Notes: generated by a model from the letters alone, not told the origin. A stretch of DNA of 64,000 nt from Candidatus Bathyarchaeota archaeon (GCA_963807605.1 CAWECG010000003.1:128001-192000), one strand, 5' to 3'; counted from the first letter of the stretch, positions 38,871-50,255 are shown. A program made the numbers and translations.

Positions 38871-39204
38871 GGTTGGGATCACTGCCAGCATATCCAAGAT
38901 GATCCTCAACCCGTTCTTCAAGTATTCGCTGTTCAAATGGTGGTCTGAGGGTAAGGGACATGGCTTGAGGACGATACAAAACCAATCCTGAAGCCATCTA
39001 ATGCTATTCCGAAGTATTGGTCATAATGCTCTGGATTCAAAACTTTCGCTCATTAGCAGACATGAGTTTGGTCCACATCACACCAATCTTCTTTTTCAGA
39101 GATAATTGACTGGAGAAGTCGGCTGCCAATACTCTACCTCCGAGGTTCAGCTGCTTATTTTGGGATCAAGGAACATGATTTCAAAGCGCGCGCTACCCGT
39201 GCTT

Positions 39205-39441
39205 TATCGAGCGACCGTATCCCGTCAAACTCTTGCTCACTAAGCCTCAATATCGCACAAAGATGTGCAATCAGGTTTGCATTTCATATTGGATTCACTT
39301 AATTTTCTAATCGAATACGGGCGGGCCTTCAACAGAGAGGGTTCGGATAATTTTTGTGGTGGACCGGTCGGGGTCCGCACCGTTTTCGGTGCTAGAATTG
39401 GTTTCAAAATTCGCGCGGGTTCAGGCCCCGCAGGGTTTGAA
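39205..39441. repeat. Repeat A (39205-39327, +) followed by repeat B (39356-39441), tRNA-like ends facing
   Basis: A ends CGGGCGGGCC; B begins GTGGTGGACCGG; flanked by CG runs at 39186 and 39442. Confidence 0.8.
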
Positions 39442-39516
39442 GCGCGCGTGAGTGCCAGAGATCGGGTGGAACACACACGGCAAAAATCAAATAGGGCTAC
39501 TAGCTAACACTACCTT

Positions 39517-40074
39517 ATGGTGGCTTCTGCAGTCCTTATTCCCGGACTGGCTGGCCTATTTAGCGGATCAATCTTTCTGGTGGTAGCGTACTGCAGGTTT
39601 GCGAAGGCCCCTGACGGTACCCTCAGCTGGGCAAATGTCCAACTCATAACCTGGACGGGGGTGATTCTTGGTGGCTATGTGGCCATCGCAGTGCATAAGG
39701 GAGGGTTTCCAGATTCGGTTCCAGACAACTTGCTGCTGTTGATGGGAGTGAGCGTCGGCACACAGGCTGGTTCAAGGCTCGTTAGGGCAGGACAGAACCA
39801 GGACGCAGCCGAGAAGAAGCCCGAACCCGTCCGTGCGGCAGGCTTCAGAGGGCTTGTCGCTTCCGAGAAAATCCCAACCGAAGTTAGCGTGGCGAAGCTT
39901 CAACATCTCGCATGGACTGTAGTCGGAGTATTGGTATACATTGTGGCTATCATTTCAGCTTTGGGCTCAGGAGCGAGTTCGCTTCCTGATGTTGGCAACG
40001 GCCTTCCAGCCCTCATGCTGATCAGCGCAAGCGGTTACATAGCCAATAAGATCGGAGACAAGCCAGCCCAATAA
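39517..40074 (+). CDS. Membrane protein with duplicated Q...WT / P.....LM..S motif
   Basis: Internal two-fold repeat of TM hairpins. Confidence 0.7.
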   Translation: MVASAVLIPGLAGLFSGSIFLVVAYCRFAKAPDGTLSWANVQLITWTGVILGGYVAIAVHKGGFPDSVPDNLLLLMGVSVGTQAGSRLVRAGQNQDAAEKKPEPVRAAGFRGLVASEKIPTEVSVAKLQHLAWTVVGVLVYIVAIISALGSGASSLPDVGNGLPALMLISASGYIANKIGDKPAQ

Positions 40075-40158
40075 TGACGTACTTATTCACTATGAACAAA
40101 ATGTCCGCTAAGTCAAATCGCTGATGTCTGCTCAAGTAGATGGCTGTGTTTCAACTTG

Positions 40159-40794
40159 ATGGTATCCACTCATATGGGCTACGGTTTCGCGCTCGCATTC
40201 TTGTTGTTCTTGCTTGGAACAACCCTCTTTCCATGGAACTCATCTGAGATAGCGTCTTTCAGTGCTTGTTTTGTGTTACTGGGTTTGGTAGGGGGTGTTC
40301 TACCCGACATAGATTGATTGGAGCAGTTTGGTTTTAGTCACAGAAAGACGCTCCATTTTGTTTCGGGATATGGCATGTTAGCTATCTTTCTGATTATTCT
40401 AGGTTATGTTGTCCCACATGGTCTTGTGGTTTGGATTATTGGGTCTTCCTGTTTCTTCGCCGGAGCTTGGTTGCACTCTTTCATGGACATTTTTGATGGT
40501 TTTTGGGCCGACGATGTGAACAAAGGTGTTTACGAACATCTCACGAAAAGATGGATAAGGGCATTAAACTGGATTCCTTTCGCGAGTCTGCAAGAATGGA
40601 GCATGCAGGCTTTTTCTACAGTGCTTGTCATAGGCATTTCACCGCAGCTTACTGCCTTAACGGTGATTCCGGGCTGGGGTGTAGCTATGTTGAGTTTCTT
40701 TGCTGCCTGGCTGTTTTCTACGGTCTATGAGTTCCGCAAGTCAGTACCAAAGAGATGGGAAATGGAGAAAAGAGCACGCAAAACTCAGGCCTAG
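40159..40794 (+). pseudogene. YdjM-like membrane metal-dependent hydrolase with in-frame TGA at 40315
   Basis: MVSTH...LPDID*LE...HRKTLH...HSFMD. Confidence 0.75.
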
Positions 40795-41151
40795 AATCCA
40801 GAAGCGCAACTCACCCGCGAACCAAGTAACTAGACCTGCAAAAGAATCGATTGAAGAATTATACTGACTTCGTCTGACGCGCGCTAATTCATGCTACGGG
40901 TAAGAGGGGAAACAAGATCCTGCATCTGCCTAAAGACCTCGTTCTTCCAAACGGATCTGTGCGTCCAGAGGATTTCGTTCCACCAGGGACTGCGGCGTTG
41001 TACCTTGGTCTTGAAGTTGCCAAGCAGGTGTTAGGTGTCTAGGCTGCCACTGCCTGCGCGCGCGGGCTTATCGTTTGCTCCTAAACAGAGAGGCTGGGAG
41101 CTTGATGCCTTGAAGGCCTTCGCTCGAGGCTTGGGCTTCCTGAGATAACTT

Positions 41152-41332
41152 GTGGTCGTTTTCGCCATTTTAGTCGTCAAGAAAGTCGTCACTGTCGTCG
41201 TCAAATAATAATTAGCAAAGATTTTTTTGTATTGTGCGCTGCATGATTTCTTGCGAGTAGATGGTGACGACCATGACGACGTTGACGGATTAGTTGACGG
41301 TGAAAGTGACGAAAACAACTACACTACCGAGT
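41152..41332. repeat. Long imperfect inverted repeat of iterated CGTCA/TGACG units around an AT-rich core
   Basis: Left arm 41152-41203, right arm 41275-41332. Confidence 0.75.
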
Positions 41333-41898
41333 AGCACGCGCTGATAATGGTGAGTGGAAGTTAGATATCGTCAGAAACCAAAACAGTTATTCATCAAACA
41401 ATTGGATGGCGGGTTAATAGTCACCGAAGAATGCTACTGCCATGTTAGTGTGCGTGAGGTACAGTGCAGAGCCTTATCATGGGGGGTATAGTGCATATCG
41501 CTACCGCATTTGAGGCACGTAAGCGCGCGCGTATTGCTCTGGTCCGATTCAAGGTGGATTACTCTTTCGACATGGAATTGGGCCTGACTCGCGCATCAGG
41601 GATCAAGAAAAGCCAGGTTCGGAGATCTGGTCTTTTACTATAGGACGAGTGACTTTTCAAGAAACCATGTTGCACAAAGCAAGAAAAAGTCATTCTCGTT
41701 GTCGAATTGTCCTGGTAGCGCTCGCAATACCATTCTGCATATCCAATACTATCAGAGCGGATCTGCCGTAATCAACATCTTCCCTGCCCATTAGGCTCAC
41801 ATCATACGTTTCTGGAGCACCCACAATTATTGGGTGTTTCTTTACAATGCGAATATCTTACTTGCAAGTTACTCTCCTGCCTGTTTGAGGCATGCGCA

Positions 41899-42849
41899 TT
41901 GAGGGCTGAGATTGGGGTTAAAACGTCCCAGGGTAGGCTGCTTGGACGTTATGAGAATCTCAGGAATGTTTGGGTTGAAGCTGATAGACTAGGTTTCCAT
42001 TCCGGATGGCTCTTTGACCATCTTTTCGAACTTCCACTCTTTGGGCCGTCACGGAAGCCTTGTTTGGAGGCTTGGACTGTTCTGTCTGCGCTCTCGAGAG
42101 AAACAAAGCAATTGAAGCTAGGCGTAACGTGCCTCTGCGTTACGTATCGGAATCCCGCCATGTTGGCCAAGATGTCAAGCACATTAGATGTGATTAGTGG
42201 AGGAAGATTTGAACTCGGCATCGGAGCGGGCTGGGCTAAGACAGAGCATGAAAGCTATGGCATACCTTTCGGAAAGCCGCGAGAAAGAGTTCGGAGACTC
42301 GAGGAAGCGGTCACAATAGTAAAGAAGATGTGGACAGAAGACAGCGCATCATTCCGAGGAAAATACTACACCGTAAATGGGGCTGTCTGCGAACCAAAAC
42401 CGTTACAGAAACCGAGGCCACTGATATGGATTGGTGGCGGCGGCGAGAAGCTGACATTAAGGGCTGTTGCAAAACTTGCCGATGGATGCAATTTCATAGG
42501 CCTAAGTCCAGACGAGTACAAGCACAAGATCGAGGTACTCGCCAAACACTGCGACTCCATTGGGAGAAGACTGAGCGATGTCCGAAAATCTTGGCAAGGA
42601 CCCGTTATAATTGGAAGAACCAATGCCGAAGTGAAAAATAAGATGGAGCGAGCGGTTCGCAGCGGAGACGTCAGAAGCGAATACGTAAAAGATCACACTA
42701 TCGCCGGAACACCCGAACAATGCGTTCAACGGATTGGCGAGTACGTTGACCTTGGGGTGGATAGGTTCATGCTATCATTTCCAGAATCAGCCACCGACCT
42801 AAGCGGAATAAGACTAGTCGGAGAAAAAGTGTTACTAAGCTTCAAGTAG
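41899..42849 (+). CDS. LLM-class (probably F420-dependent) oxidoreductase
   Basis: WLFDH, YRNPAMLAK...LDVISGGR..LGIGAGW, WIGGGGEK. Confidence 0.92.
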   Translation: MRAEIGVKTSQGRLLGRYENLRNVWVEADRLGFHSGWLFDHLFELPLFGPSRKPCLEAWTVLSALSRETKQLKLGVTCLCVTYRNPAMLAKMSSTLDVISGGRFELGIGAGWAKTEHESYGIPFGKPRERVRRLEEAVTIVKKMWTEDSASFRGKYYTVNGAVCEPKPLQKPRPLIWIGGGGEKLTLRAVAKLADGCNFIGLSPDEYKHKIEVLAKHCDSIGRRLSDVRKSWQGPVIIGRTNAEVKNKMERAVRSGDVRSEYVKDHTIAGTPEQCVQRIGEYVDLGVDRFMLSFPESATDLSGIRLVGEKVLLSFK

Positions 42850-43579
42850 CAGCAAATCCAACTCTACTCATACGCGCATGCTAATAGAAGAGAAAGCCCA
42901 AGGCAACTGCAAGACCTAACAGTCGCAATCTACCAAACATGACTCTATTCTCACTGGGGAAAACAGGGTTCAACAACAAGCTTCTGTCTTGATCTTTCAG
43001 TGTAAGCAACCAGTATTCTGAAGGGGCAACTGCTTTTGCCTTCTCAACATACAATGAGAGATCTTCGGGAGCCGGATCCTGTGGCAAGAAACCCAAGTAG
43101 ATCTGTCGATTGGGCAGTGTCAATTCAGCATCGAACTCCGTGTGCGTGATGTTGGAAGTGGCAGGATTCTAAAGGGTGTACCAATCGCTATGCCTTTGAC
43201 AAACATTTTTTCCAAATACTTGTGCACAAAAGCAAGTGCCGTCTCTCTGTCAAGTGAGATGGGCGCGCCCCGTTCTCAAAGCCGACGTTGAATTCATCAT
43301 CGAAAAGAGATCGCAGAGAGTGTTGTGGGATAGTCGTTTCATTTTCCCTCCCTTGTACTCTTCAAACGTTCGTACGAGGATCGTGGCTGGACTGAGATAG
43401 CGGTGTGCTTTTGTGTAAACACTCACCAAATGGGGGATAAGGCCGACGAGAAACTTTCTGCGAATGAAGTCATCCTTTTACCATCGACCTATTCATCTAA
43501 TTAGATCTCACTAGGGCCCCTTATCTTATCTCCCCATTGTACGTGCGTCGATGCGATCTTGAAGACTTGTCTTCACTTG

Positions 43580-44662
43580 TCATTCCAGTCTTTTCTTAAA
43601 GAGCAGTATTGCCAGAGCCATTACGGAACTTGAGTAGACGCTTAGGGCTGCAAAGTCTCCGAAGACGACTTCTGGACCTGCACCCCTTGTGATTAGCGCT
43701 CGTAATGCGTGGTTCATATAAGTCAGAGGAACGAGGTAGGTAACTGGCCGAAGAAAGGTAGGCATCGACTCCAAAGGATAGAAGACTCCCGAGAGGAAGA
43801 TGGAGAGGTAGAGGAACGGTATAATCTGTTGCATAGCCTGAATCTGGTTCTTTGCGAAGACTGAACTGAGTGCCCCAACACTCATGGAGGCTAACGTGAA
43901 GATCGCGATGAAGGCAGCAACGAGGATGAGGTTTCCGCGAATCTGTAATCCGAAGAGTGCGACTGCAACACCTAACCCGAGAGCAGCCTCGAATGTGCCT
44001 ATGAGAGAGTACGTTGCCATTTTGCCGAGAAGTATCTCTGAACCTCCAATAGGTGTGACCACAAGCTGCTCTATAGTGCCTCTTTCCCTTTCGCCCGCCA
44101 GAGAGATGGCCATCAGGAATGTTGGGAGAAATTGGATAATGAGGCCGACGATTGAAGGAGCGAGGAAATCCACGTATCTGAGCTTAGGGTTGAACATCAC
44201 TAGTGAGACGGTACTTATTCTAATTCCAGGAGCAAACGCACGTGCTACTGTATCGAGTGTCGGGCCGGCTATCCCTGCCACGACTGGATCGGAACCGTCA
44301 AGATACAGGTAGATTGTTCCATGCCCGGCCTTGAGATCTGACTGAAAACCCTGCGGCAGAATCACCGCTGCCTTAACCTTTCCATCACGGATTAAGACCT
44401 CAGCATGTTCTCTGTCAAAGGTCGTATAGGTGATATGGAAGGTATCGACTTCTTGGAGGTGAGACGTAAAGGAGAGACTTGCGGGAGACAGATCCTCATC
44501 AGCAATGGCGAGCGCTACGTGTTTTATCTCGCCGCTGAAAGCATACCCGACCAAAGTCATGAGAAAAGCTGGCATCAGCAGCGAGATCAGGACGACTCTT
44601 TTGTTTCGTGCTATCTGACGGAATTCCTTCATAATAATCAAGAAGAGTCGGTCGAGTCTCAG
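43580..44662 (-). CDS. ABC-2 type permease
   Basis: ERERGTIEQL..TP; CTG start 44662 inferred. Confidence 0.9.
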   Translation of the reverse strand: MRLDRLFLIIMKEFRQIARNKRVVLISLLMPAFLMTLVGYAFSGEIKHVALAIADEDLSPASLSFTSHLQEVDTFHITYTTFDREHAEVLIRDGKVKAAVILPQGFQSDLKAGHGTIYLYLDGSDPVVAGIAGPTLDTVARAFAPGIRISTVSLVMFNPKLRYVDFLAPSIVGLIIQFLPTFLMAISLAGERERGTIEQLVVTPIGGSEILLGKMATYSLIGTFEAALGLGVAVALFGLQIRGNLILVAAFIAIFTLASMSVGALSSVFAKNQIQAMQQIIPFLYLSIFLSGVFYPLESMPTFLRPVTYLVPLTYMNHALRALITRGAGPEVVFGDFAALSVYSSSVMALAILLFKKRLE

Positions 44663-45589
44663 CTGTATCCCCTCTCTGGACTAAGTTTAGGAAGACATCT
44701 TCAAGGGTCAACTGGGAAATCTTAACATCATAGACGGTCAAGCCAGCAGTTGACAAAGTGGAGATGACTGTCGGTATCGTTGACCCGTAGTCTTCAACAA
44801 CTAGCCGTAGCCAACTGCCCTGAATGACAGCTGAGAATACCTGCGGATCCTTCTCGAGAAGTGGCTTTGCAGCTTGGGCGTCAGAGCAGAGCACGTCCAA
44901 GCAATCTCCACGCATAGCTTTGTGCTTGAGCTCCTCCGGGTTTCCAACAGCGATCAGCTTTCCTTTACTCAATATGGCCAGTCTATCACATCGACCGCTT
45001 CATCCATGTAGTGGGTGTTAACACAGATCGTGATTCCCTCGCCATTCAGTTTCCTAAAGTAATCCCAGAATATCCTTCTAAGAGGTGGGTCGACTCCTGC
45101 TGTAGGCTCATCTAGAAAGAGAAGCCTTGGACTATGGACAAGGGCACACGCAAGGCCAAGCCTCTGTTTGAACCCTCCTGACAACGTTCTCACGAGACGG
45201 TTCCTCATCTCGATCATCTGCACAATACCAAGAACGTCATCTATCCGCCGTCTCGCCTCTGCCCTCTGACGGTTGTATATGCGCGCAAAGAAGTCGAGGT
45301 TTTCTGTGACTGTGAGGTCGTCGTAAAGACTGAATCTTTGTGGCATATATCCAATGCTCTCTTTGACCCTTTCGGGCTGCGAGGTTACGTCATATCCAAC
45401 TACCGTTGCACTTCCATACGATGGTGACAGGAGCTCGCAGAGCATCCGAACCATCGTTGTCTTGCCCGAGCCATTGGGACCGAGGAGACCGATGATCTCG
45501 CCTTCGGCCACCCTCAAGTTCACATGATCTATGGCTAAGACATCGCCGAAACGTTTGGTCAGTTCTTCGGTAGAGACGATTTTATTCAA
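44499..45589 (-). pseudogene. ABC ATPase with a 1-nt deletion near 44995 (or sequencing error)
   Basis: THYMDEA in one frame, RCDRLAILSKG in the other. Confidence 0.85.
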
Positions 45590-46009
45590 AGTAATGACCG
45601 CGTTTCATAACTGTAAACCCACGAAGGGTGTCCACAGATGACGGAGAGACATTCTCGATATTCCTAGCTAGATTCTCGTAAGTCGATCCTTTTTACGGCT
45701 TTTCCCGTTTCCTCGAAGCGCGCGCAAACTGTCATAAATTGTGGCTTAAACTCAAGGATTATGGAGAGTCGCATTCGCGTCGACTGCTATATCGGTTTGT
45801 CGCGTTTGGTTAATGAGGTTCCCACGATAGCCTTCAGTTTCCCCGATTATGTTTCCTAGTGTTTGGAGGTCTCTCTCAAGTTATTCCACTTACTTGTAGG
45901 ACATAGTATGACTAACTTGAATAGGAGAACGATATGCCACCGGTAGTAAATAAGAAGTCGAATCAAAAGACCTTAATTCTTCAAGGCAAGATACCTAACT
46001 GTAACATTC

Positions 46010-46828
46010 ATGTCAAAGATTCTTCGAGATGAGTTCTCGTCGATTTTTGAAACTGTCTTTCGAGAATACGAGAAGTATCTTTATGTTTCAAACATAATGA
46101 GCACACCGGTTTTAACTATAGATCTTGAGGCCTCCTTGGAAGATGCGGTAAGGATAATGGGCGAGCGGCACATAGGCAGCCTCGTAGTCACAGAAAAAGA
46201 TATTCCAGCGGGCATAGTGACTGAGCGAGATCTTCTCAGCAAAGTGATAGCGCAAGACAGGGATCCGGCCAAGATCAAAGTGAGGGAAGTCATGTCGGCC
46301 CGGCTAATAACTGTCAAACCTACGAATACAATCAAGCAGGCAGCTCAAAGGATGATCAAAGAGAAGGGAAGGCTTGTAGTTCTCGAAGAAGGAAAAGTTT
46401 GCGGAATAATTACCGCATCAGATCTGATTCTGTCGATACCCAAGATTCCACAGACAATGGCCAGAGTTGATGATGCTATAACGAAGAAGATTGTGGCAGT
46501 CGAACCGGAGACATCAGTTAGGGAGGCCGCCAAGTTGATGGGGAGATTGAGGATTGGTAGCGTCTTGATCAAAGACGACGGCAAGCCCAATGGAATATTC
46601 ACGGAGCGCGACCTATTGACCAAGATTCTAGCCCGTAAACTTCCACTGGAGGCAAGAATAGGAGAACTGGCATCGAGACCGCTCATAACCATCCCCTCAG
46701 GAAGCAGCATCCACAGAACCGCTGTCACGATGGCGGCGCGGCACGTCAGGAGACTCCCAGTAACCAAGAACAATGTGATAGTTGGGATAATCACAGCTAG
46801 AGACCTGGTAGAGGCCTACTCCAAGTAA
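46010..46828 (+). CDS. Tandem CBS-pair protein (4 CBS domains)
   Basis: GIVTERD / GIITASD / GIFTERD / GIITARD. Confidence 0.92.
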   Translation: MSKILRDEFSSIFETVFREYEKYLYVSNIMSTPVLTIDLEASLEDAVRIMGERHIGSLVVTEKDIPAGIVTERDLLSKVIAQDRDPAKIKVREVMSARLITVKPTNTIKQAAQRMIKEKGRLVVLEEGKVCGIITASDLILSIPKIPQTMARVDDAITKKIVAVEPETSVREAAKLMGRLRIGSVLIKDDGKPNGIFTERDLLTKILARKLPLEARIGELASRPLITIPSGSSIHRTAVTMAARHVRRLPVTKNNVIVGIITARDLVEAYSK

Positions 46829-47116
46829 CAAAATTATCAGGAGAAGCGCATGCTCGTAGTGGGATAGAACCTAGACTACTGGACTCCAAACCCAATAAGA
46901 CATTCAAGACACAGTAATGATATTCAAGAAAGGAAAGCGTTAGGATCGATGGGAACAGAGGAAGTTCCTAAAGGCTGGGCTAGGATGCTGGATTAGATCA
47001 TCGGCTGCGACAGTTCTACTGATCTTAATGGTAGTAGCAGTTGTGGTAGCAGGATATGCTGTGTATATATCCTACAAGTCACAAGCGACAGCCTCTACTC
47101 CCAAGAACGCGCGCGC

Positions 47117-47398
47117 TTTGGAGCCCCAAACAGCTTCGGTGGCGTCGCCGGAGCTTTGAAGGACTTCTTCGACAGGGCATGGAAGATGCATGACAAGATT
47201 GCTGGTAAACCTGCTGTAGCCTTCACTATGGAAAGGCCTGGAGAGACAAAGGCCCTTCAGGAGATAGAGAGATTCTTCAATTATTACAAACTTAGAAAGA
47301 TTGCGGACGGAATAGCCTTAGGTGACAAGCCCGGAGAAAAGGAATTAGATGCCTGTAAGAAGCTGGGAAAAACGTTAGCTGAATCAGCTGAGAGATAG
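47117..47398 (+). pseudogene. 5'-truncated flavodoxin/WrbA-like gene
   Basis: FGAPNSFGGVAGALKDFFDR...GKPAVAF...CKKLGKTLA, beginning right after the CG run. Confidence 0.8.
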
Positions 47399-47496
47399 GT
47401 GGAACTCTGTCTCTCAGATTTCTTACTTGTCCTCAATCATCACCTAAATGCTTGCAGCCGCTCATTATGCTATCAAGCAATCCCCGTCTTTAATTT

Positions 47497-48126
47497 TTGG
47501 TTAACGTGAATGGCATGAAATTATTTTATGTTCGTGGCTTAGAGAGAGAGGGTGCCAAGTTTTGGTTGAAGAGAGTTGGCTGGGAACCAAGTGATGTGGC
47601 AAGAGAAATTGCTCAAGAAAATGATTCCAAAAAGATAAGTTATGTTGCCGATGTTGGTGGGGCGCACGGGCGCGAGGCTCTATGGCTCGCTGAACAGGGG
47701 TTTTCCTCGATTCTAGTCGAACCAAATAATTACTCTTTAAGATCCGCGAGGAAGAGAGCGAAGAATAAGAGGCTAAATGTGTACCTGATAAACGCTACGC
47801 TACCATATTTGCCTATAAGGTCTCAGACTATAGACGTCATCGATTTCTACTGGACTCTGCACCAAATCCCAGATGAGCACAAGCTTGAGTCTTTAAAAGA
47901 AATTCAGAGAATATTGAAGCCTAACGGAATAGTGTATTCAACCAGCTTTGGATACTGGGAAGGACATAGCATGCCAAGCAGCATACATCCAATCATGAAA
48001 AAAGAAGTTTTCATATATCTCCATGTTTCTGCCGGTTTTAAACCTCGGGGTAAAATCGAAGAGAGATCTGACGATACTAGACCCTTCGAGAAGTTTTGGT
48101 ATGGAATATTTCAAAAAGATCTTTGA
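47497..48126 (+). CDS. Class I SAM-dependent methyltransferase
   Basis: DVGGAHG, WTLHQI, LKPNG. Confidence 0.8.
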   Translation: MVNVNGMKLFYVRGLEREGAKFWLKRVGWEPSDVAREIAQENDSKKISYVADVGGAHGREALWLAEQGFSSILVEPNNYSLRSARKRAKNKRLNVYLINATLPYLPIRSQTIDVIDFYWTLHQIPDEHKLESLKEIQRILKPNGIVYSTSFGYWEGHSMPSSIHPIMKKEVFIYLHVSAGFKPRGKIEERSDDTRPFEKFWYGIFQKDL

Positions 48127-48177
48127 CTCCATTGCTATCATCTTTGTGAGATAGATCGTGCGAGAGGAGGTGATTGG

Positions 48178-48468
48178 TTGTCGGAATATCCTTTGAAGAT
48201 TCTGGAGAAGCTCGATCCAGAACTTCTTAAACTTGTTGAAAATACTAGCGCAGCGCGCGCTGCTCTGCTGAAGAAGTTTAAGCTTCTGATCGCGATGGCT
48301 CTGGGTGCGTCTCAAGGAGCGGTTCAAGGTGTAAAGTCGTTATCTCAAGCGGCAATACAGGCTGGAGTTACAATAGAAGAGATCGCAGAAACGCTGAGGG
48401 TTGCCCAATATATAAGCGGAGTAGGCAGCATCTACACAGCTGCACAAGCTCTCAGAGAATTGTTCTAG
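48178..48468 (+). CDS. Carboxymuconolactone decarboxylase/AhpD-like protein
   Basis: KFKLLIAMAL...A..AGVT.EEI.ETLRVA. Confidence 0.8.
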   Translation: MSEYPLKILEKLDPELLKLVENTSAARAALLKKFKLLIAMALGASQGAVQGVKSLSQAAIQAGVTIEEIAETLRVAQYISGVGSIYTAAQALRELF

Positions 48469-48558
48469 ACTAAACGATCATGAAGACGATATTCGTGAGA
48501 GATATTTCATCACATAAGGAATCAACAATGATTAGTTTCAAACAGGGGAATTTAACCG

Positions 48559-49314
48559 ATGGATATGAACGTCAAACAGAAATTCAGCGTGCTCTGGAAA
48601 AAGTACTTTGATAATGCTGAACTCCCCATCATTTTTTATTACACCAATGAGGAGGGACATGCTGACTTTGTCAAACCGGGATCAATGTCTAGATGCATAA
48701 TTGAGGCGCTATCAGATGTGAGGGATGGAAAGGCGCTCTGTTTCGACGCCAATTCAATCGCCTGTTTTGGGGGGAAAAGATACCTCGGCTTCACTGAAGA
48801 AGTTATGCCTGACTTCGAGTATTTTCTGTCCTGTGGGATCCTTGGTAAACTTGATGGCGAACGCTATAAGAAGACACCTCAACTTGTTAAGGAGGTGATG
48901 AAACATTCAGTTTCATTCAAGGCGCCAGCTCGATTCATCGTATTCAAGAGGTGGGACATGCTCAAAGAGTCAGATGAGCCTGAGGTTGTGATCTTCTTTG
49001 CCGAACCTGACGTTGTCTCAGGCCTCTTTACTCTCGCAAATTTCGAGGAAGCAGAACCGAATGGGGTGTTTACACCATTTGGCTCTGGCTGCGCCACAAT
49101 TGTGCAGTATCCTTATCTTGAGAAAGGTTCTGATCGTCCCAGAAGTGTCATCGGAATGTTCGACGTTTCAGCGCGTCCTTTTGTTCCCGAGAAAACAATC
49201 ACATTCTCGGTGCCAATGAACAAGTTCGTCAGAATGGTTGATGATATGGACGACAGTTTTCTTATCACAGATTCATGGCAGAGAGTTCGGAAAAGAATTA
49301 GGTCGAGCGGTTAA
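48559..49314 (+). CDS. DUF169 protein
   Basis: CFGG..YLG, FLSCG...GERY, GSGC, GMFD.SAR. Confidence 0.85.
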   Translation: MDMNVKQKFSVLWKKYFDNAELPIIFYYTNEEGHADFVKPGSMSRCIIEALSDVRDGKALCFDANSIACFGGKRYLGFTEEVMPDFEYFLSCGILGKLDGERYKKTPQLVKEVMKHSVSFKAPARFIVFKRWDMLKESDEPEVVIFFAEPDVVSGLFTLANFEEAEPNGVFTPFGSGCATIVQYPYLEKGSDRPRSVIGMFDVSARPFVPEKTITFSVPMNKFVRMVDDMDDSFLITDSWQRVRKRIRSSG

Positions 49315-49385
49315 CATTTTCGTTTGGGATCTCTAGAATCCGTACTTGTTTCTGTTTATCGTGGAACGTGCTCGGTATTGATTGC

Positions 49386-49946
49386 TTAACTCCAAGCCTT
49401 CAATATCTCCTCATTACTAAGAACGGGCATCAGCTTTCCCATGTTGATCAAGGATCTGAGATGGGCATCTCTGTCGCTGGAAGAGACGGCTTCCTTGGCT
49501 ATCACAGGGAGGAAGCCCAGATTCAGAGCGTGTCTAGCGGAACTTTCTACACCCATCTCAGTCGCTATGCCTGTGAAGACAAGTGAAGACAAAGAGGCGT
49601 TCCTCACCATGTATTCAAAATTCGTCCCCACGAATATGCTGGCCGTATTCTTGTTCAACACCACCTCCCCCTCCTGTGGATAAATTTCCTTGACTATATC
49701 GCCCGGCTCGAACCTCTTTCCTTTCCACATGACCAAGCGGGCCTTTGACTCGAACTTTTCCGGGAGAGGAGTTATCTTCGTGTAGAAGATGTTGATCCCC
49801 TTTATCCTTGCGGCATCTACCAACTGGAATGTTTTTCTCAAGAAATCTTCCCTGTTAAATATCGAGGCAACTAGCGCTTCCTGCACATCCCACACTATGA
49901 GAGCAGTCCGAGTAGGTGACAAGTAATCCCTTATTTGGGACAACAT
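49386..49946 (-). CDS. Isochorismatase-like cysteine hydrolase family protein
   Basis: [29 protein letters not shown]. Confidence 0.88.
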   Translation of the reverse strand: MLSQIRDYLSPTRTALIVWDVQEALVASIFNREDFLRKTFQLVDAARIKGINIFYTKITPLPEKFESKARLVMWKGKRFEPGDIVKEIYPQEGEVVLNKNTASIFVGTNFEYMVRNASLSSLVFTGIATEMGVESSARHALNLGFLPVIAKEAVSSSDRDAHLRSLINMGKLMPVLSNEEILKAWS

Positions 49947-50152
49947 GGGCAATTTCCTTAGTTTCACGTGTTGCTGGTTAAAGCTTCTCGCTTCACCAGC
50001 CTTTTGCATACTACAGACTTTTTAAGTTGCTGTCAACTTCGTGCGCGCTAGAGTCTCTCTTCACACACGACCAGGAAGAGTACGAGAACGAAGGAAATTG
50101 ATAACGAAACCGATAATAAAATTAGGCGAATGTGGACACGCTATATGTGGAT

Positions 50153-50255
50153 GGGCTCGTGGTCTAGCGGTTAGGACGCCACCCTCACAAATCGGTCAAT
50201 CAAATCTATTTGGGAACGGTGGAAGTCCCCGGTTCAAATCCGGGCGGGCCCACCA
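50153..50255 (+). tRNA. tRNA-Val(CAC) with 27-nt canonical-position intron (50190-50216) and encoded CCA
   Basis: Acceptor GGGCTCG/CGGGCCC, anticodon stem CCACC/GGTGG, GGTTCAAATCC T-arm; BHB helix CTCA/TGGG with two 3-nt bulges. Confidence 0.95.

Noticed and set aside
39240-39507. ORF-track proteins over repeats A/B (also 54930-55178 and 62310-62531)
   Set aside because: Reading frames are not preserved between repeat copies
40315-40317. Selenocysteine or readthrough TGA
   Set aside because: Context LPDID*LE fits a CGA>TGA nonsense change; not a Cys-type site and no SECIS recognised
41031-41318. Ser/Thr-rich 95-aa ORF
   Set aside because: Composition is explained by the iterated inverted repeat
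42881-43490. Degraded ORF remnants
   Set aside because: Possibly a pseudogene, but no family could be recognised
44980-45005. Programmed frameshift in the ABC ATPase
   Set aside because: No slippery sequence; simple deletion or sequencing error is more likely
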